Positions 1-13,200 of a stretch of 64,000 bases of DNA are shown in pieces (positions within the stretch are counted from its first letter, which is position 1; each line of letters opens with the position of its first letter). The DNA lies in NCBI RefSeq assembly GCF_006345805.1, contig NC_043000.1, forward strand, positions 60,202,001 through 60,266,000. The letters run 5' to 3'. Made by a program: the position numbers and the translations under genes. The DNA is from Octopus sinensis. Lineage: Eukaryota. The notes beneath the pieces are model-generated. The model had not been told where the DNA came from. It ran no database searches and was given only the letters and a program-made list of their open reading frames with translations.

Positions 1-2741
1 GCTTTCCCAGTTGTTCATTAACACGAGCAGCTGACAACCGACCACCTATGTCGTTATCGATACTAAAGGGGAAAACTGTGTGGTCAGAAATCGGCCACGG
101 ATATCTATGACACTTTCGTTCTTTTGTCGGCAGAACATCATGTTGTTCTGCTTGGCTGCGGATACATGTCAAAGATGAAAAATGAACTCATTATAAGCAT
201 TTGTAATGTCTACAAATGACTTGGTGTTTATGTAGTGTCGAGTGAGTGGACTATCATTGCCACTGGTGATGATGTCATAACTATCACTTTTGCTTTTGTT
301 ACCGGATGATTGATATTTATTCCAAGTCGAACTACTGCCTAATGTATCTCTCAAATACTGCGAATTGTTAAATTGAAAATCGAAGTTAGTGTTACTATCC
401 AGGAGTAATAACATGTGATTGCGAATATAAAGGAGAATTTTCCTCACCGACAGCCTTAAAAGACTTGTCAAAAACAGAACCAGAAAGATTTGTGTTATCA
501 GATTGATTATTATTATTAAATTATAGTAACAAACAATTAATCCGTATTGTAGAAATGTAGACAATTCCGTTTCCTTGTACCTGAGTACCAAGAATGTAGT
601 TCGCTTTCACTTCTCCCTCTTTCTTTGCCGTGATTCGCTCGCCTTCTCCGCCGGTAAGTGCGCTTGTCGCGTGGCAAGTTCCTGGAATGCCTTTCGTAAC
701 GTGCTGATCCCTATGCAATGCTGTTTCTGTGGCATTATCATCGTCACAGCTGTCTGGCAAGTTGTCAGTGTATTGTGATGATTGGCAGACAGTATCCTTC
801 AAACGAGTTGTTTTTAACTGATGACAGCAGCAGTTGCTACAGAGAAAATGTGGAGAAGTGACGCAATTATTATTAAAATTATCGATGACGATTTCCTTAG
901 AAAAAATATTTTTACTATCTACATTCCTCGTGCTTGCCACTAAACGTTGCTCATTATTTTGGGTGTGGTCCGGAGTCAGTGACACCCCTTCCTCTGACGG
1001 TCCGCAATTTATACAACAATCATTTTGTCTGAGATCAATAGTATTGGTCGACACATTCTGATCATATTTATTTACTTGACTGGAAACAGCTCCTGTTTTT
1101 GTTAAATATTCTGGTTTTACACTTTCCTTAAATCTAGATAGGGAGGTTAATAATGTATGCTGCGGTGATTAGCATTGTGTTTTATTAGATAATTCTTCTT
1201 GGAACGTAATATCACGTAAGCTTTTATCTAGTGTTTGGCTAGAAAAACATGTGGTTTGGCATGAAAGTTCATAACTTTGATCTTCTAACCGGTTATACAA
1301 ACAATCTTTACTTTGATCTGTTCCTTTTGTGTTACCACCGTCTGCGACATTATTTGTTTTCGGTTGACACGGATTAGCGGCTATGACATAAGTATCCAAA
1401 GTTTCACTTGGTCTGTCGAAAGTAACTGCATTAGTACTTTTACTGTTGGGAAAATTTTCTGTGGAAACAGACGGAGAGTAATTTATTTCACTAACTGTGG
1501 TCATCCGAGAGGAGAAATCTGATGGAATTGTTATAGCAGTATTAGAGATACCATGTATTAATTTTGGGTATATTACCGATGCTGAATTTGTGCAGCCAGT
1601 GGTCTCTTCGGCAGTTCCAACAGCTGTGATATAGTTAATAATATAATTGTGCCTGTTGTCATGGCTTTGGGTTAGTCTGTTCTTACAGTGACCACTTCCC
1701 TGCTGGGAAACTACGACAGTAGTAACATCTTTCTGTGGAGAGACTGTCGCTGTTGCCTTGTAAAAATCAGCTGCTGCTATCGGTGAAATAAATTCTGATA
1801 CAACATTTAACCCGCTGGTCGATAATTTTTCTTTGTATAAGCATAGTGGTGCAATTCGGTTTAGACGTTCTGAATGAATAGTGTTGTGTATGATACTATT
1901 ACCCCCACTGGCCGGTAAAGCAACTTGACGTATCGGAGATGACACTATTTCGGAACATTTCCGGTATTCTAAAGTAAAAACAGTAACTAATTTTTTTAGA
2001 TTTAAGGATTACTCATTTGTTTTTAGAGAATGTCACCCTTTTAATTTTACTCAGAAACTTCCTCAAGCTTGAACTTAAAGTTTTGATTTATTAATTTTAG
2101 TTCTTGCATCCTTTGCTGAAGAACGGATGGGTGCAATGATAGGTAGTTCAGTTTCTTTTACCTTCAATTTATCAGAATTGTTAAACTTTAAAGTGGAAGA
2201 TGCAATACATCTTGTATTAGGAATTAAAGCAAATTGAGATAAGCGTTCTGAAAACCCTTCAAAGATCAAATGCAATTTTTTTTTCCAAAATTCAAAGTGG
2301 TTATCGATATTGATGACTTTCTCTTTAGAATTGTAGAAACTTCGAATTTCACAACATTGTTTTCTTGGTACTTTACTGAAATCTGGGTGATAGTGATCAC
2401 CATTTCCATGGTACCCTTTAAATTGTTTAACATTGTAACCTACAGAAGCCTTTAACCGTCCTTGCTTCAAGTCATTTTCTGGGCACGTGTTTAGATCTAT
2501 ATAGGAAAGTGACGAAGTTTTATCTGATGGTTTCGTTCGGTTAATCGGTTTTTGATTTATAAATTTTATTCCTTCTGTTTCAGCAATATGATTTTCCTGG
2601 TTATTTGAGTCTGATTGATGTTTAACTTGAAAACGGAACGACTGCAAAACGCTCTTCGTTACTAACCGTAACGTGTTTGAGCAATTTTCTTTACAAATAG
2701 TTTTCTTTGTCAAACCATGGGTTCATAAGAAAAGTAATCCT
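1..2741 (-). pseudogene. Large decayed coding exon (Ser/Thr/Asn-rich, low-complexity protein), continuing past the left edge
   Basis: ORFs 2075-2713, 1169-1945 and 521-1054 share one frame. A single TAA at 1169-1171 separates the last two. Protein-like reading continues after the TAA at 521 (FNNNNQSDNTNLSGSVFDKSF...) and then shifts into ORF 169-591. An acceptor-like ttttatttacag lies at about 2742 on the minus strand. No recognisable domain. Confidence 0.55.
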
Positions 2742-3720
2742 GTAAATAAAATAAAAAATTTAACTGTATAAAAACATGGTTATATTTTTCTAAAACATTG
2801 ACATACTTTCTTAAATATGTCAAGTCGACCATTCACTTAACAATAGTACATATATTTATTATGAATGAATTAACAACTAAATTTAGTAATGTAATCGGAT
2901 ATTATAAGCACCAATTTGAAACAGAAAGAGCAATTGTATTTATATTGTTGTCTCAAAACCATACGAAATAAGAAATTGACTTTTAAGAAAATTCAATTTA
3001 AAAACTCATAAGATCCGACTTTTGATGTGGTCAGAGCATATGCAGAAGTCCCTTTAGCATTTAAATAATATATAAATTTTTTTATTACTATCGGATATCT
3101 TTTCACATACACACACACTATACATACATACATACATATATATTCAAATGCGAATTAGAGGCAGCGCGAAATATATTGTGTAAGTATATATATGTGTGTG
3201 TGTGTGTATTAAAGCAAGCAAAGACAACCATTTTCGAGAAGTGGGCCGCATGAGACATGGTTCTTCATCAAACGGATCACAGTTTGTCCATGATTGTATC
3301 AGAGAATTGTTATTGTCAAAAGATTAGAGACTATTCATAGTTCTAAGAATGGTACAGTATAGCGGTAATCTCGTTCAATTGTCCCAGTATGTGACTGGCA
3401 GTACGAACGACAAAGTCAAACAAGCTAACTTAAAATCTCCGAGCCGTGAAAGTCAACGAGGTGAGTGGAGGTAATGAACACAGAGAGTAGGTGGTGAAGG
3501 CTTTGACGAGGAAATGGGAGGTGAACGAGAGAGAAGATGAAATTTTTATTAAGAAACTAAACTTGCACAAGTAATAAAACAAAATCACAAGAATACAACC
3601 CTGTTTCAATTCTCGAGAAAAATGGCACATGTCACCTCCAAAAGTCAACAAATTTAGTGAGCCATTAGAATGTACTTCTGAAAATTGTGATTCAAAAAAC
3701 CATCAAGAATTCAGTTTATA

Positions 3721-3753
3721 ATGGCGTCAGTTGAACCAAAATGGCCGAAACCT
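3721..3753 (+). CDS. Possible first coding exon (MASVEPKWPKP)
   Basis: ATAATGGCG start context followed by GTAAGA, in a CpG-containing region. No downstream plus-strand exon was found, and the same bases also read as a minus-strand acceptor. Confidence 0.25.
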
Positions 3754-4505
3754 GTAAGATTGAAACGATAATGCAATTTAATCACGACGATTCCCTACTC
3801 TCAATTAGTAAAAGTTTCAACTTCGTTAAAAATGAACAAAGATCACTTATGCGTTTTGAAGTTAACCTCTCGCTGTATACGTCCGATATTTAGCACTTGA
3901 TAATTAGAAACCTCTCTTGTAAGGTTGAAAAGAGCTGGATTTAAATTTGGTGAAGTCTTAAGCTACATAAGGACTGACGGTCTCATATTAACAAAAATTA
4001 CACTAGAGGGTCTCTTGTGATATTTTTGAAGCTCCTGCAGATTGCGAAACCCTACGTTGTAGCTTGTTTAGATTAGACCTAAGTCCGGCGTTGGTTACGA
4101 GGGTACACTTCAGCGTGGTCGCACGACCTGCGAGAATTACCCTCAAATTTTATCCACCCACAGTCATAAGATAATAAGTCATATTGAATATTTCAGCACG
4201 AGATATTAAGATACAGAAAAAAAAGAAAAAGTGGAAGTGGTATTAACAAGGTTGGAACGCTGTTGATCAATGTCTCTTCTGAGGGTCCTAACAACTACTA
4301 TACCGATTCAGAATTTAATTTTAGGAAATACATTTAAAATAGCAGGGGCAACGAATGTTATATTTGTGAGGGACGAATTTAATTTTTCGTACCCTAACTC
4401 TTTTCGCATCTCTTTCTCTCTTTCATAAATGAGTTTCTTTAGTTACCTAAACGGCTTTTGAGACAGTAAAATAGACATATTTATAATACTTTTACGAGGA
4501 GAGTG

Positions 4506-4543
4506 ATGACTTCGAAGTTTCAGCCTGTTAGTCTTCGTCAGAC
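4506..4543 (-). ncRNA. Minimal type I hammerhead ribozyme-like motif (degenerate)
   Basis: Minus strand reads gt-CTGACGA-agactaacaggct-GAAA-cttcgaag-TC-at. It has the full core, stem II with one mismatch, a palindromic stem III and a GUC site. Stem I has only 2 bp. Confidence 0.4.
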
Positions 4544-4788
4544 GGTTGGCAAACTGCAATGTTGTGACGCATGCGCAATAACGAATCATATCGTCTACGA
4601 CTTGTACTTTGAAAGTTGTTACCAATCTAGTCCAGATTACCTCCAAGTTATTTAAGTTCAAATTCCTTGTGGCCAAACTTTGCCTTTTTTTTTTAATCTT
4701 TCGATAAAATAATTACTAGTCAAGCATTGGGGCTTCATTTCCAATATAGAGATGGTGCTAATTTAATTTATGGCGTTGTGCTCTAGAT

Positions 4789-4883
4789 TCTTTTACTTGT
4801 TTCAGTATTTGGATTGCGGCATGCTGGGGCACCGCCATGAAGGATTTCATCGACTAAACGCCAGTGCTTATTTTTTAAGCCTT
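4789..4883 (-). mobile_element. SINE family A, 3' fragment
   Basis: Reverse complement of the family A tail (...cagcatg-ccgca...tgaaacaagtaaaaga); abuts the foldback element. Confidence 0.7.
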
Positions 4884-5634
4884 GGGATCTTTACCTTTTG
4901 ACCGACAGATTTTAAGATAATTTTTTGTAACTAAACACTTTCAAACTTCGTATACTGGTAGAATGTGTCACATAAAACATCTTTTACTCTTGGCGTTGTT
5001 GAGAAAATTCCGTATTTTGGAAGTTGTTTTTTGTTAAAGTTGTATTTCGGTAATTTCAACCAATCCCTGACGTGTATTCAGCTGAATAAAATTACTGTCG
5101 TTGTTTGCCAACAACTATCGGCGGTGTATATTTCGTTTGTCACTGTTATTTATGACATCGTTCGTGCGTTTGTACTTGTTTTAGCTTTAAGGTGGTTAGG
5201 GCTAGGGTTTTAGAGTTAGGATTAAGGGGTTGGGGTTTTAGGGTTAGTCACGGAAAAAAATGAAAAATGAAGCACGAATGATTATGGTGGTGCCATGAAG
5301 TAAACATGCTTCAGATACACTCGTTTATTCATTCGAACGTAACTGAGATGAAATATGTCATAAATAACAATGACAAACGAAATATACACCGCCGGAAGTT
5401 GTTGTTGACAAACAACAGCAGTAATTTAATTCAGCTGAATACACGTCATTGATTGGTTGAAATTACCAAAATACGACAACTTTAACAAAAATAACTTCAA
5501 AATACAGAATTTTCTCAACAATGCCAAGAGTAAAAGATGTTTTATATGACACATTCTACCAGTATACGAAGTTTGAAAGTGTTTAGTTACAAAAAATTAT
5601 TTTTTTAATCTGTCGGTAAAAAGGTAAAGATCCC
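4884..5634. mobile_element. Foldback/MITE with about 270 bp TIRs (GGGATC...GATCCC) and a TTAGGG-like core
   Basis: 4884-~5157 is the reverse complement of ~5355-5634. The core contains ggttagggctagggttttagagttagg. A homologous copy lies at 17272. Confidence 0.85.
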
Positions 5635-5660
5635 TAAATACAAAGACACACACACACACG

Positions 5661-6122
5661 AAGTTTGCTCCTCAACCACATGATTTCGAGTCCAGTTCTA
5701 TTGCGTGACACTTTGGGCAAGTGTCTTCTACTACAGCCTCGAGCCGGCCAAAGCCTTGTGAGTGGGTTTTGGTAGACAGAAACTGAAAGAAGCACGTTGT
5801 GTATATATGTGCGTGTGTGTGTGTGTTCCATCAACGCGTGACAGCCGGTGTTAATGTGTTTACGTTCCTGTAACTTAGCGATTCGACAAAAGACCGATAG
5901 AATAAATACCAGGCTTTAAAAAATAAGTATGAGGTCGATTCGTTCTACTAAAATTCTTCAAAATGGTACCCCAGCATGGCTGCAGTCTAATGACTGAAAC
6001 AAGTAAAAATGTCTTTCGGTTTCCGTCTACCAAATTTACTTGCAAGGCCTTGGTTGACACTTGCCCAAGGTGCCATGCGCAGTGAGTGGGACTAAACCCA
6101 AGATAACATGGTCGGGAAGCAA
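5661..6122. mobile_element. SINE family A (+ copy 5661-6009, - fragment 6013-6122)
   Basis: Matches the copies at 39804 and 42320 (ttgggcaagtgtcttctacta..., gactgaaacaagtaaaa). Confidence 0.8.
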
Positions 6123-8038
6123 ACTAGTCCAATATTTTTCGTCAAATAATAAAAAAATATGAAGTTGTTTAACCTCCAGTTTAGTACTAATTGACGTAGA
6201 TCTACAACTAAAATACATTCCAGCCGTGACCGTCACGTTCTGGATTTCTAGAAATAGTGTGCCCCAGACCAGGGTGGATTACTGCAAAGAATTTTATGAG
6301 CGTTTAAAATTTTCTTTTTCCAAAATGCAAATACGAACATTTCTTTATCCAATGAAATGTCCAAGACACAGGTTTGACGGCACATCCTACCTTCACACAA
6401 TCTAAAGTATATTTTTTCCTTTTTTTTTAAGATAGTAGAGTGTAATTTGAAGGAAATTTGGTCGCTATTTCTAGCAGATAAATGTTCATTTAGAACAGTT
6501 ATTCTCAAGCACTTTGATTCCTATTTTACTCTACTGGACCTCCATAGCCATTTGATATATAAAAAGCATCCTACTGTATTTCTATAACTAAATATTATCA
6601 GGAATTGTATTTTAAAAAGTGTATTATAGAAGTATAAGTAATTTATTGCATATATATTTCAGCAAAATCTTATTTGGACCTCAGTTGACAACCACTGATT
6701 TAGTGGATTTCACTTTGGCTTGAGGTGAACTTAATCTGGTGCGTCGGTTGTGCCGTTTCGTTTTTCTTTCCCGAATACTCGAGCAAAATAACGAAATTAA
6801 TGTGTAAATTTTTTTTTAAATGAAAATATCTGAGAATACATTGTAAAGTACTCGTTTATCTTCTATGACGAAAGTATAATGTAATGGGGAAGTTGAGTGT
6901 CCAGAACTTTTCAGTTCGAAACAAATTTTAAATGAAATACTTGACTGTCCAATTCATTTTGGTTTCTGCACATACACGAAAACCATGGTTCATACACACA
7001 ATTTTCCATTCGACTATAACTTTCGAACAATGAACATCCCGTTTTTTTTTTTTTAAGATTTATTATTTTTGCTTTCAAATTAATATCAACAAAAGCATTC
7101 CAATTATGACCACTCACAACTCTGAACTCAATTCTAATCGCAACCTCAGAATTAGTTTGGATTAGAGTTTCGTCCTTTGCCTGTCCAAAGCATTTTCATA
7201 GGTTTGTCCTAAACGTCCATGCTTATCTTTTCAGACTTTTAGGTAGTCCTTGTTTCATACGTTCTGAGTAATAGAAGGCTTTCCTGAGTACGAACTTTCT
7301 CTGGTGGTTAAAAAAAAAGAATGTATCATATATGATGCATGGACGCCAAGGAAGTATGTTCTATGTTTCATAGAAAAAAGTTAATGACTGGTTTAGGGTT
7401 AGAGTTTATGGATAAAGTTAGTCTAGTTGTTCACAGTTAAAACGGTTTTGTTGACAATAAACAATAACTCCTAATCATTAATATGTATCGTAAATTGTAT
7501 CAAGTTATTTTGACTCGGACTTGAGTTCTTTAAAGTTTTCAATTCAAACTATGAACGGGTCACTAAAAACATGTTTGCATGAGGAATACGAGAAGCAGCA
7601 GTATACTAGATTTTCTGGGTTTTCATACCAATCTTATAAGAATTTTTTTTTAAATATAAAAGCTTTTATTTTCATATATAACAATAAACATGTACATTTT
7701 TTAGAACATTGTCATTTTATAAGATTTTGCTGGCGAATCTTTAAATTAACACAAACATTTATTTACACACAAAAAAAAATTATCAGAAAACTTTCATCTA
7801 ATTCTTCGAAATTTTTCTGTTAAAACTGTATTGAAACCATTTGTCTGGACTATTCTTTTTATCACAACTGATGGCACGCCACTTCTCAGCGTTAACAAGG
7901 TGCATAATACCACTTTAAATGATGGCCAGTTACATATATTTCATTTGCCTTTGAAATGTATAAATGGTTCATTTGTAATTGTTTTTATCCTCAAAGTCCC
8001 TCCATCTCACTTTTTGTGGGCCAAATTGTCTTAAAAAC

Positions 8039-9110
8039 GGATCTTTTCTTTTTGATGGACGGAATTTTCTAGTTAACTAAAAAATTTGAAACTTCGTATA
8101 CTGGTAGAATGTGTCAAAAGAAAACATTATTGTAAACAAAATTGTAATTTGTAACTTTAACGTAGTTTAATTCTTCGAATTTTAACCAATGAAATACCAG
8201 CATTTGAGCTCAATTCATTTCTGCGTCTAAGTAAACAGCACACACACACACAAGCACACACATACACACACACACACACATACACACACACACATGCACA
8301 CGTGTTATTCATCCTTTGTCTTCTGTCTTCTGCATGTGCTAGAAATAATCGATGAATTTCGTCGCCCAATAAAAATATTAACGATATTTTTTGGACCTTT
8401 AAAACATGTTCGTATTCGTTCCGCTTTCGCAGGAATGACATCAATTTTTTTTGGCGGTTTCCACGCATTGTCTTGTTATTTCCTATAAAGTCATGCCTAA
8501 CGCACCACTTACATACTTCGCACGCACACACATACACAACAAAAACACACACACATACACAACAAAAAAAACACACACACATACACAACAAAAACACACA
8601 CACACACACATACACAACAATAACACACACACAACGCACACATACACAACAAAAAAACACACACACGCACACACATACACAACAAAAACACACACACACA
8701 GGTAATCGTTCCGTAAGTCAGGGATGACGTTGAAATAAACATGGGAGAAGCCTTTTCGGTAAAAAAAAATAAAGAAAATATTAAAAAAATATCGTTAATA
8801 TTTTTATTGGGTGACGAAATTCATCAATTTAAGAGATATAGCTGTTATTTCTAGCACATGCAGAAGATAGAAGACAAAGGATGAATAACACGTGTGCATG
8901 TGTGTGTGTGCTGTTTACTTAGACGCAGAAATGAATTGAGCTCAAATGCTGGTATTTCATTGGTTAAAATTCGAAGAATTAAACTACGTTAAAGTTACAA
9001 ATTACAATTTTGTTTACAATAATGTTTTCTTTTGACACATTCTACCAGTATACGAAGTTTCAAATTTTTTAGTTAACTAGAAAATTCCGTCCATTAAAAA
9101 GAAAAGATCC
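8039..9110. mobile_element. Foldback element (GGATC...GATCC) with near-identical arms of about 330 bp and a CA-rich minisatellite core
   Basis: 8039-~8390 is the reverse complement of ~8785-9110, apart from CA-tract length and a short indel. It shares aaacttcgtatactggtagaatgtgt with the other foldbacks. Confidence 0.85.
8520..8700. repeat. Minisatellite (acacacatacacaacaaaa)n
   Basis: About six imperfect tandem units; it explains the cluster of C/V- and H/T-rich ORFs. Confidence 0.9.
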
Positions 9111-9864
9111 ACATTAACAAACAGAACTTTTGCATGATTTTATTTGGCTTAAATTAGTCTTTAAAAACAAAGAACCCACTTACAGCAGAAAGACCTGGTG
9201 TTCATCACATCTATTTCTTTTACTTTGGTTTCATTCCAGGCCCCGCAGTAACCACTACACTAGTCATAGACAAACTGCAATCCAAAGGCACGCCTGACTT
9301 TACGAGGAAAATAACGTCTATTAAAATTTCACTGGTTTCGTTTGGTTTTCACATGTTCTCACACTCTCGGTTAAAGAGGTTTGTAGAAACTAATGCCAAA
9401 GGGGAATAACTACTAACTGCCCAACTAATCCCTTCCCTTATCAATTCTGGTTGTGTTGTGGATACAGCAGTTAGGAAAATAAAAATATTCGCCATTGTAA
9501 GTCACCCGTGTAATTTTCAATATGATTCAGTCAAATTGCAACCATCGAAACATTCAAGATCCTTAAATTGACATCTCTACTCAACGAATGATTATTGATT
9601 CAATGTTCAATATCTGTTTCCACCTCTTATAGCGACTTGTTGCTATGCTTAGAACTGTAACTACACGTGCGTATCATGTAACATTCTCAGGTAGGAGTGA
9701 CAAAATTTTGCTTTCAAAGTGTATGTGTGCAAAGTTATGCTACAAGCACACATGCAGTTCCAGTGGCTGAATTATTGAAACAAGTCATTATAAGGAGTGG
9801 AGACAGAAACTGAACATTATATCAATAAGTATTTTCAAAGATATTTTAATTTTTTATATCACAG

Positions 9865-10455
9865 CTCATGGTTTCATCCAAGAGAGAGAAAAAAATAGAT
9901 TTCTGAAGAAATGAGAAAATTCCAAGAAAATTGGGCAAAGATTACTTTTTTACTGAAGTGAAAAAAGCCAAATCAATGTGTTTAATATATCATGAATACA
10001 TCTCTGGTTTTAAAGAATTTAATGTTAAGCAGCATTACGCTTAAAAAGTTTCAGGGTGCAATAAATTTAAAGGGGACATCAGAATGCAAAAAAGTAAAGT
10101 TAATCAACAGCCTAAATATTCAGTTTCTCAAAGGCAAACAGAACTTGAAGAAATTGTACATGAAGGCACTTTACCAAAAAAAAAAAAGTTGCTAAATATT
10201 AAAGAAGGAAAAATTATGTCAACAGAGAAATTGTAAAAGAATTTTTTTGGCAGTGGCTGAACTTTTATGACCGGAAAAGTTAAATATGTTTGATAAGATC
10301 AGATTGTCTCACAGGACAACAAGACAGGCTGAAGAAATTGCAGCCAATATCTGGAGGTGGGATTTGATTCTTTTTCACTAGCCATGATGAATCCACTGGC
10401 AATTTTCATATGTAGTATTGATAAATCATTTTAATATCACTGAAGAATTACTGTT
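9865..10455 (+). mobile_element. hAT transposase relic (GTF2IRD2/SPIN/Charlie-like N-terminal half)
   Basis: Manual translation across frameshifts gives RKFQENW/KDYFFTEVKKAKSMCLIYHEYISGFKEFNVKQHY...EIVKEFFLAVAELL*PEKLNMFDKIRLSHRT...FSLA-DEST...FNITEEL. Confidence 0.8.
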
Positions 10456-12289
10456 CAGATTAAGCAATATGCTATATTCTTCAGGAGGTTTGAATGGGGT
10501 TGCATACTGGAGTTTCAACTCAACTTTGTCCTCAGTCACACTTCAAGAGATCTACCACTGTCAGATTTAAATACCTTTTATACCTTTCCTTTGCTGGAGA
10601 GGTGCATAGACAGTTGAGCAACTAACACTGGAATTCTTTATCTTTGCTTCCATGTTCTCGGTGCAACACCTCAAACCATTAATTAGTGTTTTCCCCAAAC
10701 ATAATAGTTAAAACTGGGGGATGTTAACATCTGTGACTTGACCTACAAACTTCATCCAGGACCAGCTAGTGCTTCAGATGTCCTGAGAGAGGCAAGTTTG
10801 GTACAGTGGGGAATCGGCAATAAACTTCAAGCAGTTTGGGAACATTATCAGCATTTCAGATAGATTTGGAACTTCAGCTACTATAACACTGGGAACATGA
10901 AGTACCAATGCCTCGGCTGACTGAATTGGAAGCTCGAACAAGTCTCCACTCAGTCATTAATTAAAAATTTATGTGTCCCAACTGCTGTATCTTCCACCTA
11001 GCGTTCACCAACTCCAAAATTCCGTATAAGAACACAACCAACATTTCTAAATGTACGCAGCAGCAAATGTAGTATCTTTGTCCTTTGTTATAAATTATAC
11101 TCCCACCACCTCTCTCACTGTACATTTATCTGTATCTAAAGAGAGAAAGCGTTGACAGCCGAAAAAGCTTAAATATTCCCACCACAGGTCTTTTAGAACG
11201 GTGAATTATTATCGCCCACCACTACCACACAATCATAAAAGATATTATTAATCAGATATATTGTGTTAATTTATATATGTGTGTGTATATAAATATATAT
11301 ATAATGTGTATACATATATATATGTGTATATATTTATATATGTGTGTATGTATATATATATGTGTGTGTAGACATGTATATATGTTGCGTATATCTCTAT
11401 ATAAAACTGAGAATGTGTGTCTGTCTGTCTGTCTGTGTTTCCCTAAAACTTGAGAACTACACAACCAATTACATTGAAAATTTTACACATGCCTTACTTA
11501 GGGTCCGGGGAGTGTCATCAGTAAAAAAATGTTCAACTTCTTGCATAGCAATATCATATCTTCTCCACTATTTCAGTATTACGTGTTAAAAGTGAAACAA
11601 AAACATTTCTTTATTTTATGTCAGATACTTTCACTTTAACAATAAAAATTAGAGATAATAATAACAATTGAATTATATGTAGTAAGTAATAATTAAAATC
11701 AAACTAAAGTATAATATGATAAGTAAATCGTAACATAACAAAAGTAAAAATAGCAATTGGTATAAAATTGCATCAATGACTTGAACTTGAATAAGTGATT
11801 TCACATGAATGGGAATAAATTAAAAATAAAATTAGCGTGCAGAAATGGAATAGTCCAGATGGAGCTGTGCACATACCGTTTACCACAGCTTTTACATTAT
11901 ATTATCTGCTAATTAGCTAGCATTAAGTATCTATATGAAGTTTGGCTGTATGTAATGTCTGTTTGCTCAAACAGCCACTTCTACTGAGTACTGCTGTTGG
12001 TTTATTTCTTATAAATAAAGGACTATAGCTTCAACTGCGTACTGCTTTTTGATTCACCGTAAGGTTTGTTGTTATTATTATTACTGTTTAACTATTGTTA
12101 TCACGTTTGTTGGTTCCTCGTAAGGGAAACGTTGTTGTGTTGCATTTGTTAAATAATTGTAAACTGTAACCCTACCCCCTTTGGGAGAAGGAGCTTTGGT
12201 TATTGTTTAAAAATTGAATTGTGTCCCCGTGTGAGGAAATTAACAATATTTTCACCATTTATATGGAAGCATTTTTGTTAGAATGCCTT

Positions 12290-12805
12290 CGATAGAAGAA
12301 AGTCCCAAAATGAATTTCGCTGCAGCCGTCGGCGGGCGCGAACTCATTAAAATTAAAATGGGAGAAATACAAACCTATTTCGGATTGATCACCGACAAAG
12401 ACGGTGAATCTAGGATGACACCATCAAACGAAATAAAAAATTAAATTAAAGAAAAGACTATTGTCTATAAAGTATACAATGTAGAGAAAAAAAAAAGATT
12501 TGAACACCTGGAGGAAAGCACCATCAAAAAGTGTCTTGGTGCGACTATGAAAGATATCTAATCAGAGGCGGTAAATTCGCCACAATAGAAGCAACGTTCG
12601 AGTCAATGGAGCGTGCAAGGGAGTACTCGACTCGAACCTTGCAAAGTGGAAATATTTTATTTTTACCTTTATATCTGGGACATAGGACGTCCCGGATAAA
12701 AATTTAAAATGTCCCCTCAGAAGTAGAGGTAGGCTGGATTGTAGCCACACTTCTATACAAGAGGGAGGTCAAGATACAATTGATCAAAATTGCAAGAGAT
12801 GGGCC
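12290..12805 (+). mobile_element. Decayed ORF1/gag-like fragment homologous to 30316-31095
   Basis: KTIVYKVYNVE...RGGKFATIE...LPLYLGHRTSRIKI*NVPSEVEVGWIVATLLY aligns with KTIVYIVYAVE...RGNKFGTVV...LPTYLGRRTFMIKVEGIPSDIDVAWVMAAVLY. Confidence 0.8.
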
Positions 12806-13200
12806 TACAATTCCAGTCTGTTATATATTTTGAGTATTGTTATCACTAGCGATATCAAGATATAACTTTGTATTTTATGTGTAGGTGTATATATATAGAT
12901 GTACATGTAATATGTACACATATATACATGCACTAGTACTATGACCCGACAATGATAGGTCATAATGCTAGTATGTACATATTTAAAGCGTATGTATATA
13001 TATATAATGTGTGCATATGTGTTTAGATTGAGCTGAAAATATGCACACCTATGTTAAAAGGCATGGCCTCTAGGGCAAAATACCTCATCTTTTAAAATGC
13101 GGTCCACATAGGTCCGAATGAAATCGGGTAATAAGACCGAAACAAATAAAACAATAATAAAGTATTTTAATCCCGAGCCAGGCTGGGTATATCTGTCTAA

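Noticed and set aside
1169-1171. In-frame TAA rescued by A-to-I editing or readthrough
   Set aside because: UAA needs two edits to become Trp, and the same exon also has frameshifts that editing cannot repair.
7500-8030. Possible FLYWCH/MULE transposase remnant on the minus strand
   Set aside because: Too decayed to support; only a loose Y...W...C spacing.
8157-8742. Six overlapping ORFs rich in C/V or H/T
   Set aside because: Translations of CA/TG repeats; the same applies to 11252-11589 and 14010-14453.
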